Assembly (NCBI GenBank): GCA_050084515.1
Contig: CM114271.1
Coordinates: forward strand, 5,704,001 to 5,768,000
Length of the DNA: 64,000 nucleotides
Source: Blasia pusilla
Lineage: Eukaryota
Reading direction: 5' to 3'
Position numbers and translations under genes: made by a program. Positions 39,150 to 53,147 of this stretch are shown here, in pieces; the stretch's first letter is position 1, and every line of letters starts with the position of its first letter. The notes below the pieces were generated by a model. The model made no database searches, had not been told where the DNA came from, and saw only the letters and a list, made by a program, of their open reading frames with translations.

Positions 39150-41340
39150 CTAACATAAGGGAATCCAAATCTAACACACTATATCCTAGCAAACCTTAGA
39201 AGAAAGAATATTCTTAGGTTCAACATGAGGAAGATGGCTCCAAAGAGCCATCTTATCATCTCACATACCCTTCTACAGAGCCCAGACCCCCCCCCAAAAA
39301 AAAAAAAAAAAAAAAAAAATTAAAATCTTTCCTAAGACATAAGATAGCCCTAAAATAATTGCAGGTAGATGATCATATCATCGTTGATGAAGTCAATAAG
39401 TCATTCAAACCAAAACATCAAAATAGGGAAGTTGTTAGTAACAATAGTGATGATCTCAACCTAATCCAACCACTCAAGAAAAACTTAGAGTCAAGTAATC
39501 TTATGACTCCCTATCTCATCAACACTTAAGAACTTTTATAATTAACCAAATATGATGTGATACCATCACATAACCCTCATCAAACTTCCTCTAGAACCAA
39601 TTTTGGTATGACACTCCGAAGGACTATCATTATGACATCTCTTTCATATCCATAATTTCTTCATGGCATCTATGCTTTTGTATGGTATATTGATAACCAA
39701 GTCCTTCTTGTAAATAAAAATAGGAATTAGGAAAAGAAACCTTGTATATGAGGTAGGTGATATACTCAACCCCAAGTCCATATGCATTTAGAGATTATAG
39801 ACGTGAATTCATGCTAGAACCTTCTTTGAAGACATCTACATGTGGAAATGATTTTTGGTGACCCACTTTCATTATTTTATCTTCCAACCATAATTGATTT
39901 AACTTATCCCAAGGACACCTACCCTAAGCTACAATCATATCTTCCTACAAGATGAGAGTCTCGTATATACCAGTTTCAAACAACAAGGAGGCCCTTCTAA
40001 AAATCACTTTTGAGAAAAGAGCAACCATCCAACCATGATTTGATATTATGCATTGGGAACTCTAGCTTTGGTTGTAAGGAGGGATAGAAGAGGAGTAAAG
40101 GATCTGCACTACAACGGTTTTGGCTCTTTACATTCATAACACACCACTTCAATAGACAATGGTATGTTGAATATTGGCTATTAACTTATATTAGTGGTCC
40201 GAAGTAAGGGTTACACGCTTATGTATTTGATAGTGTTTCATACTCATCACAAGTATTATGAGTTTTGGTCAAATTCGACAATAACCAACAATGGCAGATG
40301 ACATCCATAAGTGTTCGCAGGGAGAAAGTGGGTGGTAGCTCAAAAAGGAGTCAAACTTTCAAGAAACCTTACCATAAGCTAGCCTTAGTAACAATTTGTA
40401 CCATGGAGGAGATATTTATTCTCATTTTTTGTTGTATTTTTTTGGATTGTAACTAGACGGCTCTAAAGAAGTTTGACTCATGCATATCCTTGTGATCTAC
40501 TTCGTATATGAATCCCTTATCGTAATTATGGATCATTTGTAATTTACATTTATGACTTGTAATTTGTTTGTTTGTGCGGCCTTTTTCAATCAAGGACTAG
40601 ATGTAGGCATCTTTTATTTTTCCTAATTTTTTGTTGTTGTTGTTGTACATGGTACTCAATCTTCACCTTAGATGAGAAAATTTTCTTGTGGATAGAAGAA
40701 GAGAAACCAAAATTATTTGAGGGAAAAGGTAAAATTTGGCAAGGATTAAAAGTGAAGAGACTCTTGGATTCTCAACATCTACTTCGTTGAGCACCATTAA
40801 TCTTGTGCGCCCCTTCATGAGTGGCTCCCATGTGTGTTAGATACTTTTGGGACTCTAGTTAGGTGAGTAGAAGGAGCTAGAACAACAATCTGCAATTTAT
40901 ATGGGATCATTGGTGCCATTCGGACCAAGATGGTGGCAGCTCACACATCATATTGGGATAGGAAATTAGCTTCACCTGTCCATGCTTACAACACAGCTGA
41001 GAAGAGTACCACAGGGAAAAGTCCCTACTTCTTGGTGTATGGGCAGAACCCTCTCTCGGTAGTAGAGTTGGAGTTGAAGACTGATCATACTCTAGAAGGG
41101 CACTTCCAACCTGAAGATGGCATAGATAGCACGCTGGATATGATTGATGCCCTAGAGGAGGAGAGAAAGGCAAAGATTAGAGAAGACCAAGGCCGTTCAA
41201 AGAACAAAGGAAGATGAGGTTTGATAACCGAATACAACATGATCCAGTGAAGGAGGGGACATGGTGCCGATGTATGATAGTCGACCCCAAAAGTTTATAG
41301 AAAGCTACACATTCGATCGCTTAGGCCTTATCGGTGAGGG
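39150..41340 (+). pseudogene. Highly degenerate Ty3/Gypsy pol; integrase C-terminal half recognisable
   Basis: WDRKLASPVHAYNTAEKSTTGKSPYFLVYGQNP at 40930-41217; upstream pol traces are weak. Confidence 0.65.
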
Positions 41341-41655
41341 AAAGCAGGAAGTAATGAGATCAGGTGAGGAGCAAGAGAAGTAATGAGATCAGTGAGGATG
41401 AGGAAGTAATGAGATCAGGTGAGATCAGTGAGAGCAAGAGGGAAGTAATGAGAGGTGAGATCAGGTGAGGAGCAGGAAGTAATGAGATCACTGAGGAGCG
41501 GGAGGGAAGTAATGAGATCGTGGTGAGCGGTGAGGAGCAAAGAGGAAGTAATGAGATCAGGTGAGGAGTTGAGGAGCAAGAGGAAGTAATGAGATCGGTG
41601 AGGAGCTAGGGAGCAGCAGGGAAGTAATGAGATCAGGTGAGATTAGGTGAGGAGC
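41340..41655. repeat. Irregular minisatellite, core GGAAGTAATGAGATC(AGGTGAGGAGC), about 9 copies
   Basis: Directly visible; the intervening sequences are variants of one another. Confidence 0.9.
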
Positions 41656-42337
41656 ATCCAAGGGAAGCTTGAACCACCTTGAGAAGAAGCAAGCTTGGGA
41701 AATGCTAGTTAGAACAGGGTTGAAGTAGATGAGGTCGAAATTTCAGGCAAAGAGATGCCTTGGAGTAGATGCTTAGGGGAGGTAGATTTGTAGGAAGGTA
41801 GGAACCCAGAAATCCAGAGAAGCCCAAGAAGAAGAGGGCTCTCAACTTCACTTATAAATACTCTGGTGGGTTTGCTTGAAGGCGGGCATAGACATGTTGT
41901 TGGCTAGTAGACACTCGATCTCTTGAGCCAAGCTAACCAGCAGAGTTATGTGCTCCTGTGTCTAGGTAGTGTGTAGTGTGCTTGAAGGGGCGAGAAGAAG
42001 AAGGTCTCTCATGTACTCTATGATTTTGTGATACACAAGAGGTAGCCCTGTGAAATGAGTTCACACCATTGCCCTCAGATTCGAGTATGTGCATGATTGA
42101 GTGATGAGTTGGGGAGGGCTTGATGAAGGGAGATTCTTGGAGATGATTTAACTAATCATTCAAAAGTGCAGGAGAGGACAAGAGGTCTGTACTAGTAGAG
42201 GGGAGGCAAGCTTGGGTTCCAAGATTGTGCTCCACCAAGGTGTGCTTGAAAGCTTGTCTGCATTCGCCCACCTAAGCTTGGCCTTTGACACCAATCACAT
42301 GATTACTTCAGGGTGTGTGACGTGTCCTGGACTTGAG

Positions 42338-42527
<190 letters not shown>

Positions 42528-44619
42528 CATGCTTGAGCTCCCCTATAGGTAGAAGACCATGGGCTCATCCTGTTAAGTCTCCTACTACTGAACAAGAAGG
42601 GAGAAAATGGATCAGCAAGGTACGAGGAGAAGAAGAAGGTGATTGCACTACGATCGGTTAGGAGTTGGGTGTACTTTAGAGGATGCCTTGGTACATTCAA
42701 CTAGTCCAAGGCAAAGACATTGGAGGACCTTATGCCTTACTGGTCATCCTTGATTTGTGAATTCTAAGTAGAGTGTGCTTGTTGGGTTCCACTGGCCACT
42801 CCACTCAAAGCACTCAAGAGGAAGGAAGGAGTTTTGGTTAGTAGGGTGAGGATAGGATTGTGATACTGAAGTGGAGAGAGTTCCTCCAGCCTCTTAAGGT
42901 AAAGAGGTGGGTTTAGGTGAGTTAAGGAGTACATCTTGTAGATCTTGATCTTCTGATCTGGCCCTAAGCTCTTACATGGGACCGAACTGGTGGAACTAGC
43001 AACATTTTCACCTGGGTTGTGTGCTGGCCATGTATTACCTGGTGAGACAAATCTAATCAACCCCCTTGTATGAGGAGAAGCCTATATTTATGGTTCCGAC
43101 TTAGACGTCGAAAGAGTCATAGTAATATGACGTAGGTGGTTTATGGAGTAGCTTTACTAAGACTATCTAACCCTATATTGCATCAGGGTGCGGGATGCAA
43201 CAAAATTTTTTAATAGAAACAAAGAAAATTAGGTAAAAAACCCTAGTTTCCTGAGTAGTGAAATAGTCGGGAGCCGCAGCGGTAGCGGATTTGCCGAGTT
43301 ATCTCCATGTTCAGGATCCATCGAAGCTCTTATGTGAGCACACAGACGGACTAGGCCACTTTATATCTCCAAGTTTTGTAAAAGATTTCAATGATTTTGT
43401 CACTTTCTATTTTCTCAAAGAGACCAAATTGAAGTCCAATTTTTATATTTATCCCCTAATATCAAAGAGTAGGAAATCTTCCCAATAAATGATAGATCTT
43501 GTTTTTGGACCATATCCTTTCTTTACAAGTAGAGCACAAAACTGAAAATTAACTCTCTTTTTTGGGTATAGGTCAGATCTTCATCTTAAAAGAAAGGAAG
43601 TTCTATCTTTTCTAAATTTTCAAAATGCCCTAAAATAGCCTAGGCCTTTAGGGGATAAGCTTTTTCAATTCTCAAAATACTAGGGGAAGAGAGAAAGAAA
43701 TAGATTTCCAACAATTGAGGGATTCATAAATTTTTTAAGTGCTTAATTTTCAATAAGGGAGGGGAAGAGGTAAAAGTGTGAATGTTCAACAAGAGAGATC
43801 TTCATAAGGAATTTTGTAAGAGTGTTTAATTCTCCGTGGATAGGAAAAGAGAGATCAAGATAGATTTCCAATATAATAGGATATGCAGAGGAATAGGGAA
43901 TTTAATCTTCAATAGGGAAGGAGAGATAATATAGGGGAGTAGAAGACAATCGGAGATGAGGAATGTAACGACCTTCCTTTGACCCTCTTTGGAGAATCCT
44001 CTCCATTCCTTTGGAAAGTGAATGGAAAAAACCTCTCCATACCTCTCTCTCTCTAATGGATCAAAGAGTAAAAAGATCAAGTGAGAAAGTCAATCGCTAT
44101 ATACCCATCTATATTCATATGTTCCCTAGAGAGAGAAAATAGAGTCACATTGAAGATATGTGATGACGGGAGGATATGGATTAACCTTGTTGATTTGAAG
44201 AGGAGAGATACAAAGAGGATATACATAGAGACTAGGGGGTACAAAAAAGGGGTTATCGAAGTTACATCCCATAGATGTAATATCAGAGACCTAAACAAAA
44301 AAATCAAAGATCATTATATGTCCTCCGAACCCCCCATAGGGGCATCTAGGCAAGCCCTTAGTGACTTCTCATGTCCTCTCATGAGGTAAGTACGTGTAAT
44401 AAATTGAAAGCTACATGCTTTTGCTACCACGATAAATATGGCCCTCTTTTTATTTGTGATAGATTTTTTTCAAGAATGATCTTAAAGTATTCCAATGTGT
44501 TTGGTTACAGAAATTCATAATAAATATTATAATTACCATTACCTTCCAAAATTATCAAAGGAAAAAATGTCACTAATAGCTAAGTGTTTGGCGCTCATGC
44601 AAGCAGGGACTTGAGAAGC

Positions 44620-45530
44620 GAGTTATGATTGTGAGTCTAAGGAGGAAAGACTTCGGTGTGACCTATCAAAGTTAAATCAGAGACTAGCTAGCCACAAGAC
44701 TGAGAACAACGGCGGAATGGAATGTGGGACCAACGCTAGGCAAGATAGGCATGCACCTTGAAACTAGCCTTCGGCGACAAAGGGATGCAACAAGCCATAG
44801 GGATAAGGGAAAGAAAAGCAAATTTTAAGACCTTAGATTCAAGCTTCAAGTCAAAGGAAAGCATGAAGGAACATATTAGTAGTCAAGACGAGCAAGACAC
44901 TATGAAATGCAACGGATGGCAAGACAATATGAGACACCAAACGACGGGAGTCAAGATGAGAACAAGCAATGATAAACAAAACTATGGATTCCAAGCTCCA
45001 AAAGGCATTTTGATAGTCGAGAGTCTTGGAGTATATAAGAAGACTCCGCCAAGTCATTTTGGGGAATATCTAGTCAAACTTCGGTCCACGGATCACCAAC
45101 CGTATTTGGATTTTGGACCAAAATGGAGGGCCCAAGGTTTCCTAAGAGAATCCCATAAGTACCTACAAAGGGGGATACTCTTCCTAGCTCCCTATCCATT
45201 CAAGTCCATGAACAAGCTTAAGGGACTTATCGTGATGCGAATTTGGCCATGTTTGAAATTTGCATTAGGGCATCGTTTGGGATACACCTTGCGGTAATAA
45301 TCTATGTGCTCTGATATAGACAAGAAGCTTGGGGAGATTGGTGAAGGGTTGGAAAAAAAGTCTTCATATGGAGATGGTATGCACTTGGGGAGACTTGATC
45401 CAATTAGCACGTAGCAACTTTTTTTGATACTTTTAAAACATGCAACTGGATGAGTCTTCAAGTCTCAATGATTAAACCCAAGACTTCCGCTTGCAAAGCT
45501 CAAGGTCGGGAGTGCTTCAGATGAACCAAG
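44620..45530. repeat. LTR-like fragment weakly similar to 49394-50599
   Basis: Only short shared motifs (cattttgggga..., cttccgc...caagg). Confidence 0.3.
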
Positions 45531-48500
45531 AAGAAGTAGAGGTTGAATTCTATGATGAAATTTTATAGAATAGCTTCACTTTATACCTAGATAAAAACTC
45601 GCTAACATTATATTGCTTAGTTGGACAAGGGATTGGATTTGTAGAAAGCCGTATTAGATTTGTGAAAAAAAATATTTTGAACTCACTAATATTATATTGC
45701 CTACCTACCTGTACAATGTAATGGTTCTAATTTGTAGAAAATCCCATTACTCAACTTATAATCACTAGTACTACAATGCTTACATACATATGCAATGCAA
45801 TAGGTTTGATTTGTACAAAATCCCATCAAATTTGGAAAAAGTTTGACTTCTTTTAAGCTTGAACTTCCATAAGCCGAATATTTTAATATCTTTATATTAT
45901 TTACGTCCTCAACACATTTATTTAATGGTTTTTTGGCTTTAATATATATCTGATACAAACTAACTAAAGTAGATATTACGATTATTTTGGAATACAAACC
46001 TTCAAAACAAGTGGATGCCTTGTGCAAAGCAATGATGGATACTTAAAATTACCCATCATTGCTCTAAAATGTAATCCAATAACTTGATTGATCATTGAAA
46101 CCGACTCTCGAGTGACCCTAAGATATATGGGACATGAGGCAAGCTTGTGTTTTTTAAAATCAAGACAAGGTTCTATAATCTAAATCTTTACTATCATAAA
46201 TGGTAAATAAATCAAACATGTGGAACCCAATGGATCAAAAGGCTAAAAGACACATCTTAAGTAATAAAACAAAACATGAAAAAACCCTATAAGTCTTATC
46301 TTAGCCAATGCCTAAAGCACTTGAACGATGAATAATGATATCCCTAATATAACAACCTAAATCATAAGGTACTAGTTGTAGTAAATAATGTAAATTCCCC
46401 ACATCTATTTTATAAGATAATATAATCTCTTCATACCTAGGACACGTAACAAACACATACTCGTCATCTTCAATACATCATACGTCACATAACCTACAAA
46501 TTTGTTCACTTCTATCAATGTTGAGTCATTATCCTTCCTCAATTCCTAATCTATGAGGCCCACTCCTATGCTGTGCGATAATATGACATAAGACAATGGA
46601 GATCCCTGCAAATAGGTATCTTTGTTCATAATATACAAGCATAGGATTAACATGAAGTTGATAAAATCCCATTTTTTTACGCGGGTTGCTCCAAAGAGTG
46701 TTGAGAAATTGCTTTTGTAGATGCTCAAGGAGTGCCAATGGTTCCAAGTCCCAATCCCTTTCAACCACATTCCACTTTGTAGACGAAGTCACCACATATG
46801 TAATCCATCCTTTGGAATGTGTGGCTCGTAAAGCTTAATGAGAGAGGCGAGAAATATTAAGATATCTCACTCTTGCGATATAAGTGATGGTCAAGTAGAG
46901 AGCTTACGCTTGAAGAGGAAGATAATATGTTTCCGAAAGAAGAATAACATAAAGAGTTTGGTTTCTCACACCTAATTCTTCTAGAAGAAATATTTTTTGC
47001 ATCCTCTCCACGCGGTTTGAATACGTCTTCTTGAATTAGGGCCCCTGACTTGGATCCCATATAAGATCAGAGGGACAACTAAGTTCTTAAATAATAACTT
47101 CATAAACTCTAAGATACAATACTAGCTTTTCTACGCCAATTTAAAAGTGAATACAGAGCTTTGTAACTTGCTTCTACTCTCTTTTGAAGGCAAAATGTCG
47201 AACTATTGTCATGAGAGAAATCCATGCCTAGAGACTTATAACTCTTCACTGGTTTTAATTATAGACCTTTGTAAAAGAATGAGAAGTTGGATCTAGTATC
47301 CACTATAATGATTTTAGACTTCTCCATGTTAATCTCCATCTGATTCTTTGTACAAAAACTTTCCCAAGTGTCGAGGTTTTTTTGTAAACTAATGGGCATC
47401 CCATGCTAGTAATGTGATATCATTTGCATACAATAAAGCTTTGATAACAAAGTCTCCAAGCTAGCTTCACACCTTCACTTTCATCCTCATTGTTGGAGGT
47501 ATGTGTATAACCCTATAAACATGGCTTTAATTGACTCTTGTTCGTTTTCTCATGGACCTTTTTGACAAGAGGCCTAATTGCAAATTTGAATAATCCATAT
47601 TTTTCCCTCTTTCTTTTGTACTATATTTATTTTTTGGATGGATGCATACTCTTGTTGATCTTTGTATTTACTTTCATATTGAAAGGAAAACTTTATGACG
47701 ATTGATGTGTTCTATAATTCCTATTCTATCCAACCCTATTTATATATATGGTTTTTGTAACATGCTAGATGAAGGGACAAAGACGGAAATATGTTGATCG
47801 TGTTCAGAAATCCAATGATTACAAGGTTTACTATTCACGACATTATTCTTATCTTATTAGACTTAATTTAAAACCAATTTATGTTTTCTCTAAATTATAA
47901 TTGAAATTATAATTGAAATAATTCTCTAAATTAAATTATAATAGAGTTTTTTTTCAGTCTCACATATGTGTATATAGAAATTGCACTTAGAGTTGGTGGA
48001 GAATAATTTTGTCATATAGGTTTCGCGCTTCATAGAGCTAAGGTACCTACCTATATATCTTAAATATCAAGAATAGATCATATCTTGAGTGCAAATCTCG
48101 TATCGAATAGATAGCACAAGTTGCAAAAACTTATGCAGATTCATCTATTTTAGGCCTTGCTCCCATATTTCAAATGGTTACCTTATTTTCCGGTTGCATA
48201 TCTTGAATGAACCAGAGAGTTCATGATTTCTTTGGCACAGTGAACCATCAACTCGAATATGCCATCATAGATGGCTCTAAGATACCCATATGCATCTTCT
48301 CCTTCAATAACTCAATCAGCTTGGGAATCATAGCTGGTGGAACTGGTATGGGTTTCAAATCCCAAGGCACATGTGGAATTGTAAAAATTACCATCGACGT
48401 CACCACACATCGTGTCTACACAACCAATTTCTTGTGTAGTAAAAAAAAAGGCCTTACCATGTCTTCTTAACATCTCCCGAAAGTTTTTTCTTTCAATTTC

Positions 48501-49393
48501 AGTAAGAAACTCACCCCCTCTAATTTACAAACGATCCAATGTTTCTTTTGTGAACTTGTGTCCTATCGTCCTTACATCTCATAGATTTGGCTCGACTGAT
48601 GTACGTTCTACTTGTTTCCCACATCCCTTTGGTAGTTGAGTAGCCATTGGTGTCACCTTCTCAGCCACATGTACTTGGTGTGCACTCATGCCTCCATACG
48701 ATGTTCTTCTGCCTCAAACTCATGCACATCCACTTCCTTCAAAGATCTATATCCATCTTCTCCTTCCATGAACCTTGCTATTTCTTCATGCAACTCACGC
48801 GAGTGAATTGTAGTCACCCTTGTTCCCAATGAATCGGTGCTCATTTGGGTGAATACTTCCTCAAGATTATCTCCAAAACCCTCTTCTTCATACATCCCAC
48901 TAATGAACTCTTCTTATAATAAAATATCCATACACTTTAACAAACATTTTTTTCTTCATAAATCTTTTTTCTTCTCATTCATCTCTTTCATCACTTGGAA
49001 TCTACTAGACCATGAAGAAAAAACATTGAGAAAACACACACCTAAACATGTATGATTCTTCCCCCTATGCTAGCGGAAGACTCTTTTTTTCCTTTGCATC
49101 CCCATATTCTCGCCCTACAAGAGTGCTAACTAAAATCCGAAAACTCTTTCTCTACCTTCATAGGACTCTCTCTCAACTTCTCCCTATTCCTTTCATGACC
49201 TATTCGTACATTAAGGAATTGAATTGATTTCGTTTCACCTTGACTTCTAATACGGGCATAATGAGACCAATCATCCATCATTTTGGTCTCCATTCTAGAT
49301 GTTGTGATGTAAGGTTGCCCAAAAACCACATGATAAGCAACTCCATTTTGAACAAAGAAAATTTTCTCAATCAACATATCTCCGAAACAGTTT

Positions 49394-50599
49394 TGACGGT
49401 TGGACAAGCACCGTAGAGTTCACCTTTTTGATTTTTGGTTGTACGTAGTATCCATCCATGCCTTGTATCAATTGGCCACATCTGTTGCGACCCTCGTAAC
49501 CAAAAAAGCTCCAAGCGGAACATCCGAACTCTAGCGAGCTCATGCTAGGATGGTTTGCGCTTTGGGAGTTAAGGAAACACAAGGGCGAGACGCGAGTGTT
49601 TCGTATGTTGTGGTCGTGACCAGGAAACGAGAACCAAATGCGGTACTCAGACTTGAGAGAAGTCAAGTCTTGGACGAGATACAGCCAAGGGGTGAAAACC
49701 GGACTTGAGACGCGGGCAACATTTGGGAGTTTTCGACTCTAATGTTGACCATAACTTTGAGTCCCAAGAAGCATTTGGGACAAGTAACTTAGCGTTGAAA
49801 AGCTTATGTTGAGCCACTTCCAATGCATGAAAGACCTTTGCAAACGCCTATGTAGAGATTGAGATATGGGCCAAAACCAACTGTAAGAGGAGCCAGGTTG
49901 AGGGGCCCGGATGGTCTTTCCCAAAGGTAGGGGGACCCTAAAGTTTCCCATAAGTACTAGTAAGGGGGAAGGTCTCCAAGAGTGCTTAGGACTCGAACCC
50001 CACTTTGGGCACCGCGGGGCGACCCAAGGGCATGGAACGGATTGTGAGTTTGGTGTTGGGCTTCAAAACCCAAACCAAGTTCAATAGAGGGATTTCGGAG
50101 ATCCCTATTGGATTCCAACTCATATTGTTGAGTCTTGGTTAGGGGCTCATGCAAGGCCTGTTGGACACTTGGGACCGCTAGGTGCGGAAACGCCATTTCA
50201 TGTGCTTGGACTAACCATAAAGTCTGTCCCAAGTCTCGGAAGGCTTTCCCGTGTAAGGAACCTAGGAATAAGAGAAGGTTGAGCTTGATGAAATATCAAG
50301 TTGAGGACTCGGTGGGTTGGAAGACCGCTTGATCCAAAGCTAGACTAACGTGAGTGCGTTTGGATGCAGGTTGGCGATGAGAGCGTGTCCTACTAAACGT
50401 ACGCTTCCGCAACACTAAGATTGACGTTCAAGGAGAGTAGGTGCACGGCAACATCCCTTTGTCGTATACGCTTTGTAACATTATGTTGATTTCCAAACCA
50501 TGATTAACAAGAGCCAAAATTGACTCTTGGAGAGAGCCAAGTCAGATTGTGGCCTCCGTCGTTGCACGCGCCCAATAGGATCGAGAGTAGTGACCACCA
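49394..50599. mobile_element. Solo LTR inserted in the host gag-protease region
   Basis: TGACGG...ACCA ends interrupt the host ORF; flanks GTTT/CTTT are an imperfect 4-bp TSD. Confidence 0.6.
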
Positions 50600-53147
50600 C
50601 TTTTCCTTTCTTCACTTTGTTCTGTTAAAGCTTCTCCTACTATCGTCTCTTCTCCCTATAATTCAAGCCTTTGTCCAAAAACTTGGCCAATCTCTTCGTT
50701 TTCTTCTTATGTGATATCAGTATCCAATGCTCTCACCATCATCATATCTACAGTCATCTGCCTTTTTGTCTTGATCATATCTATGATCAACTCATGAAAA
50801 TCAAGTTTGGGTATCCCCAAGACTTCCCTAAAAGAAAATTCTATTTTTGCGTCCAAAATCCTTTCCTCAAGAATCTCCTTCAAATTCGTGATTGCCTCAA
50901 TATCATACTGCAATTTGTATGTAGGAGTCTTACCCTTTTTCTTTTGAGGAGACCTCATTTCTTTATTCTTAATCCCACCTTCTTTCCTATAAAAATCCAT
51001 CATAGATTTAGATGTAGAAGGCCCTTCTTCTTTTTATGGCTACGCCTCTGATTGTCTTTTCCTTCTTGTGGTCCTTGCTCTTCTTGCAACTTCCTTAGGA
51101 TCAACACCATCATTTTTGCATCTCCTCTTCTCCTCCACACTAGCATCTTGCCAACTCAGATGTTTCTCTTGTGCTAGGTATGCTTTAACACACCCAAATT
51201 CCACTGGATCATCCCATCCAGTCAGATGACGAATAGTCTCTCCCCTCGTAGCATCACTTCTTGAGGAAATTCTAATGATTCACTTTTAGCTACAGATATA
51301 ATATGTGTTTCTATTTTTAGTGCAAAGATATTAGAATCTAATATCATAGTGGTAACTCCTACTTGAACTCTCACTAACCTCTTCATTACTCAACTACCAA
51401 AGTTCGTATTCAATGACATATAAGTCTACGTTGAATGAATTTTCCCATCTTTGAAGTTTACAATTTCATTCCTAAGAGCTTCTGAGAACTTCTCACATTC
51501 TTAAGGTTGATGCTCAACACTATCACACCATATACATCTTCTTACAAAGTTTCTACTTATCGAAGGAGCACCAACATTAGAATTCCTATCAAGTTTAAGC
51601 TCAACATTTCTACTCTCAACTCTCTAAAACCTTTCACCAACTCATCAATGGCAAAATCTTCGAGTTTTGTTGATATGGGCTTAGGCAAGGGAGTTGGAAT
51701 TGATACCTCTGACTTGAATGTTGTGGTTCTACCTCTATTTTGACTTTGCTTTGTGAGGATAGCAAAAACTTCCTCCACTTTCTTCCAATTTGTGTTGAGT
51801 TCTCCTTCTCTGATCTTGTCTGCAAACATTATGAAAAGCTTATCCTCCAAATTCTCATCAGTCGCCTCAAGGAATAGCTTGATTTTTCTCAAGTCTAGAG
51901 TTGCCATTCCGGAAGAAGATAACTCAAAAAACCGCTTCTCAAACTCACGCTAAAATTCATTTGGAGTCATTCTCTTTCCTAGACGTTGCTCTATCCATTA
52001 TAGAAAACTCCTCTTAGTCACCCGATCCACATCATCATCGAAGAATTCTCCTTTCAGCAACTACTCATATTCCTCCCACGAGGTTGGATTTTCTACTCTC
52101 AATTTTTTTACTTGACTACGAATCTATGGTATTACAGCTAACTCAAAACTTGACACCATATTTCTTTCTGGTACATGATTTACCTCCATCTCATAGATGT
52201 ACTCTTAAACAAATTTGGTGATGTTCCTCCCATCAAATCTCCCCAACTTCTTTACAATCGCTTAGAGAGCCCTTATTGATCTTTGCTCTCCCAATTGAAC
52301 TCCGCTTTGTTGGCTCAATAATGTTGTTAAATTTAGAAGAAGATCCTCACCTCCCTCAGTTCCTATCGATGAAGTAGTACCAAAAGAAATCATCTTGATA
52401 AGACTCCAACTTGCAAACACAATCTACCGCCTCAAAAAGCTCTTAGTGGAAGCATCATTTATCGTGTCGAGAGCTTTTCTTCGAGTAAGGGCGGACCTTC
52501 TAGCTATGGCAAACGTGATTGATATAAGGTGAACTCTATGAGCAAGTTATCTTTTCTCAATACATAATTATTACATAAACCCTCCATTCTCTCACGAAAA
52601 GAAATCAAGAATGGCAGTATCGAGGCGATCACTTCTTCATAACATCGAATCCCAAAATTCCTAACTATGAAGTCTCTGGACACTAATTTACGCTTATACA
52701 CAAGAAAATTAACATAAATAGTGTTAAACCCTACTCAAGCACGCCTGTTAACATCCATGGATCGATATATAAGAACATACAACGTACAATTCTATGTCCT
52801 CCCATACGTGACAATAGGAAAAATCATGGGAGTTGGAGATTGCATGACCTAGTTCATGAATGCTTCTCAAAAGTGGTAAACTAGATAGCGAGTAAACCAA
52901 TGCTATCTACGAAGAGAATCTTCACGTGATACGGGTTAAGGAAAGGAACAACATGTACAACTTGTGCTCCACCCCTATCCATACTTGACGGATATCCTCT
53001 ACTATCCTTAGGAATAGGTTTTGGCGGAGTTGCTCTCCCAAGAGGGGTAATCCACTCTCATTCGGAAAATAACAAGCCAAAACCATCTACTATCCCTAGT
53101 ATGACTAAACATACCACACTCGGAAAAACACTCAAAGAATAGACCAT

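Noticed and set aside
41340-41655. CRISPR-like array
   Set aside because: The spacers are variants of each other, lengths are irregular, there are no cas genes and the context is eukaryotic.
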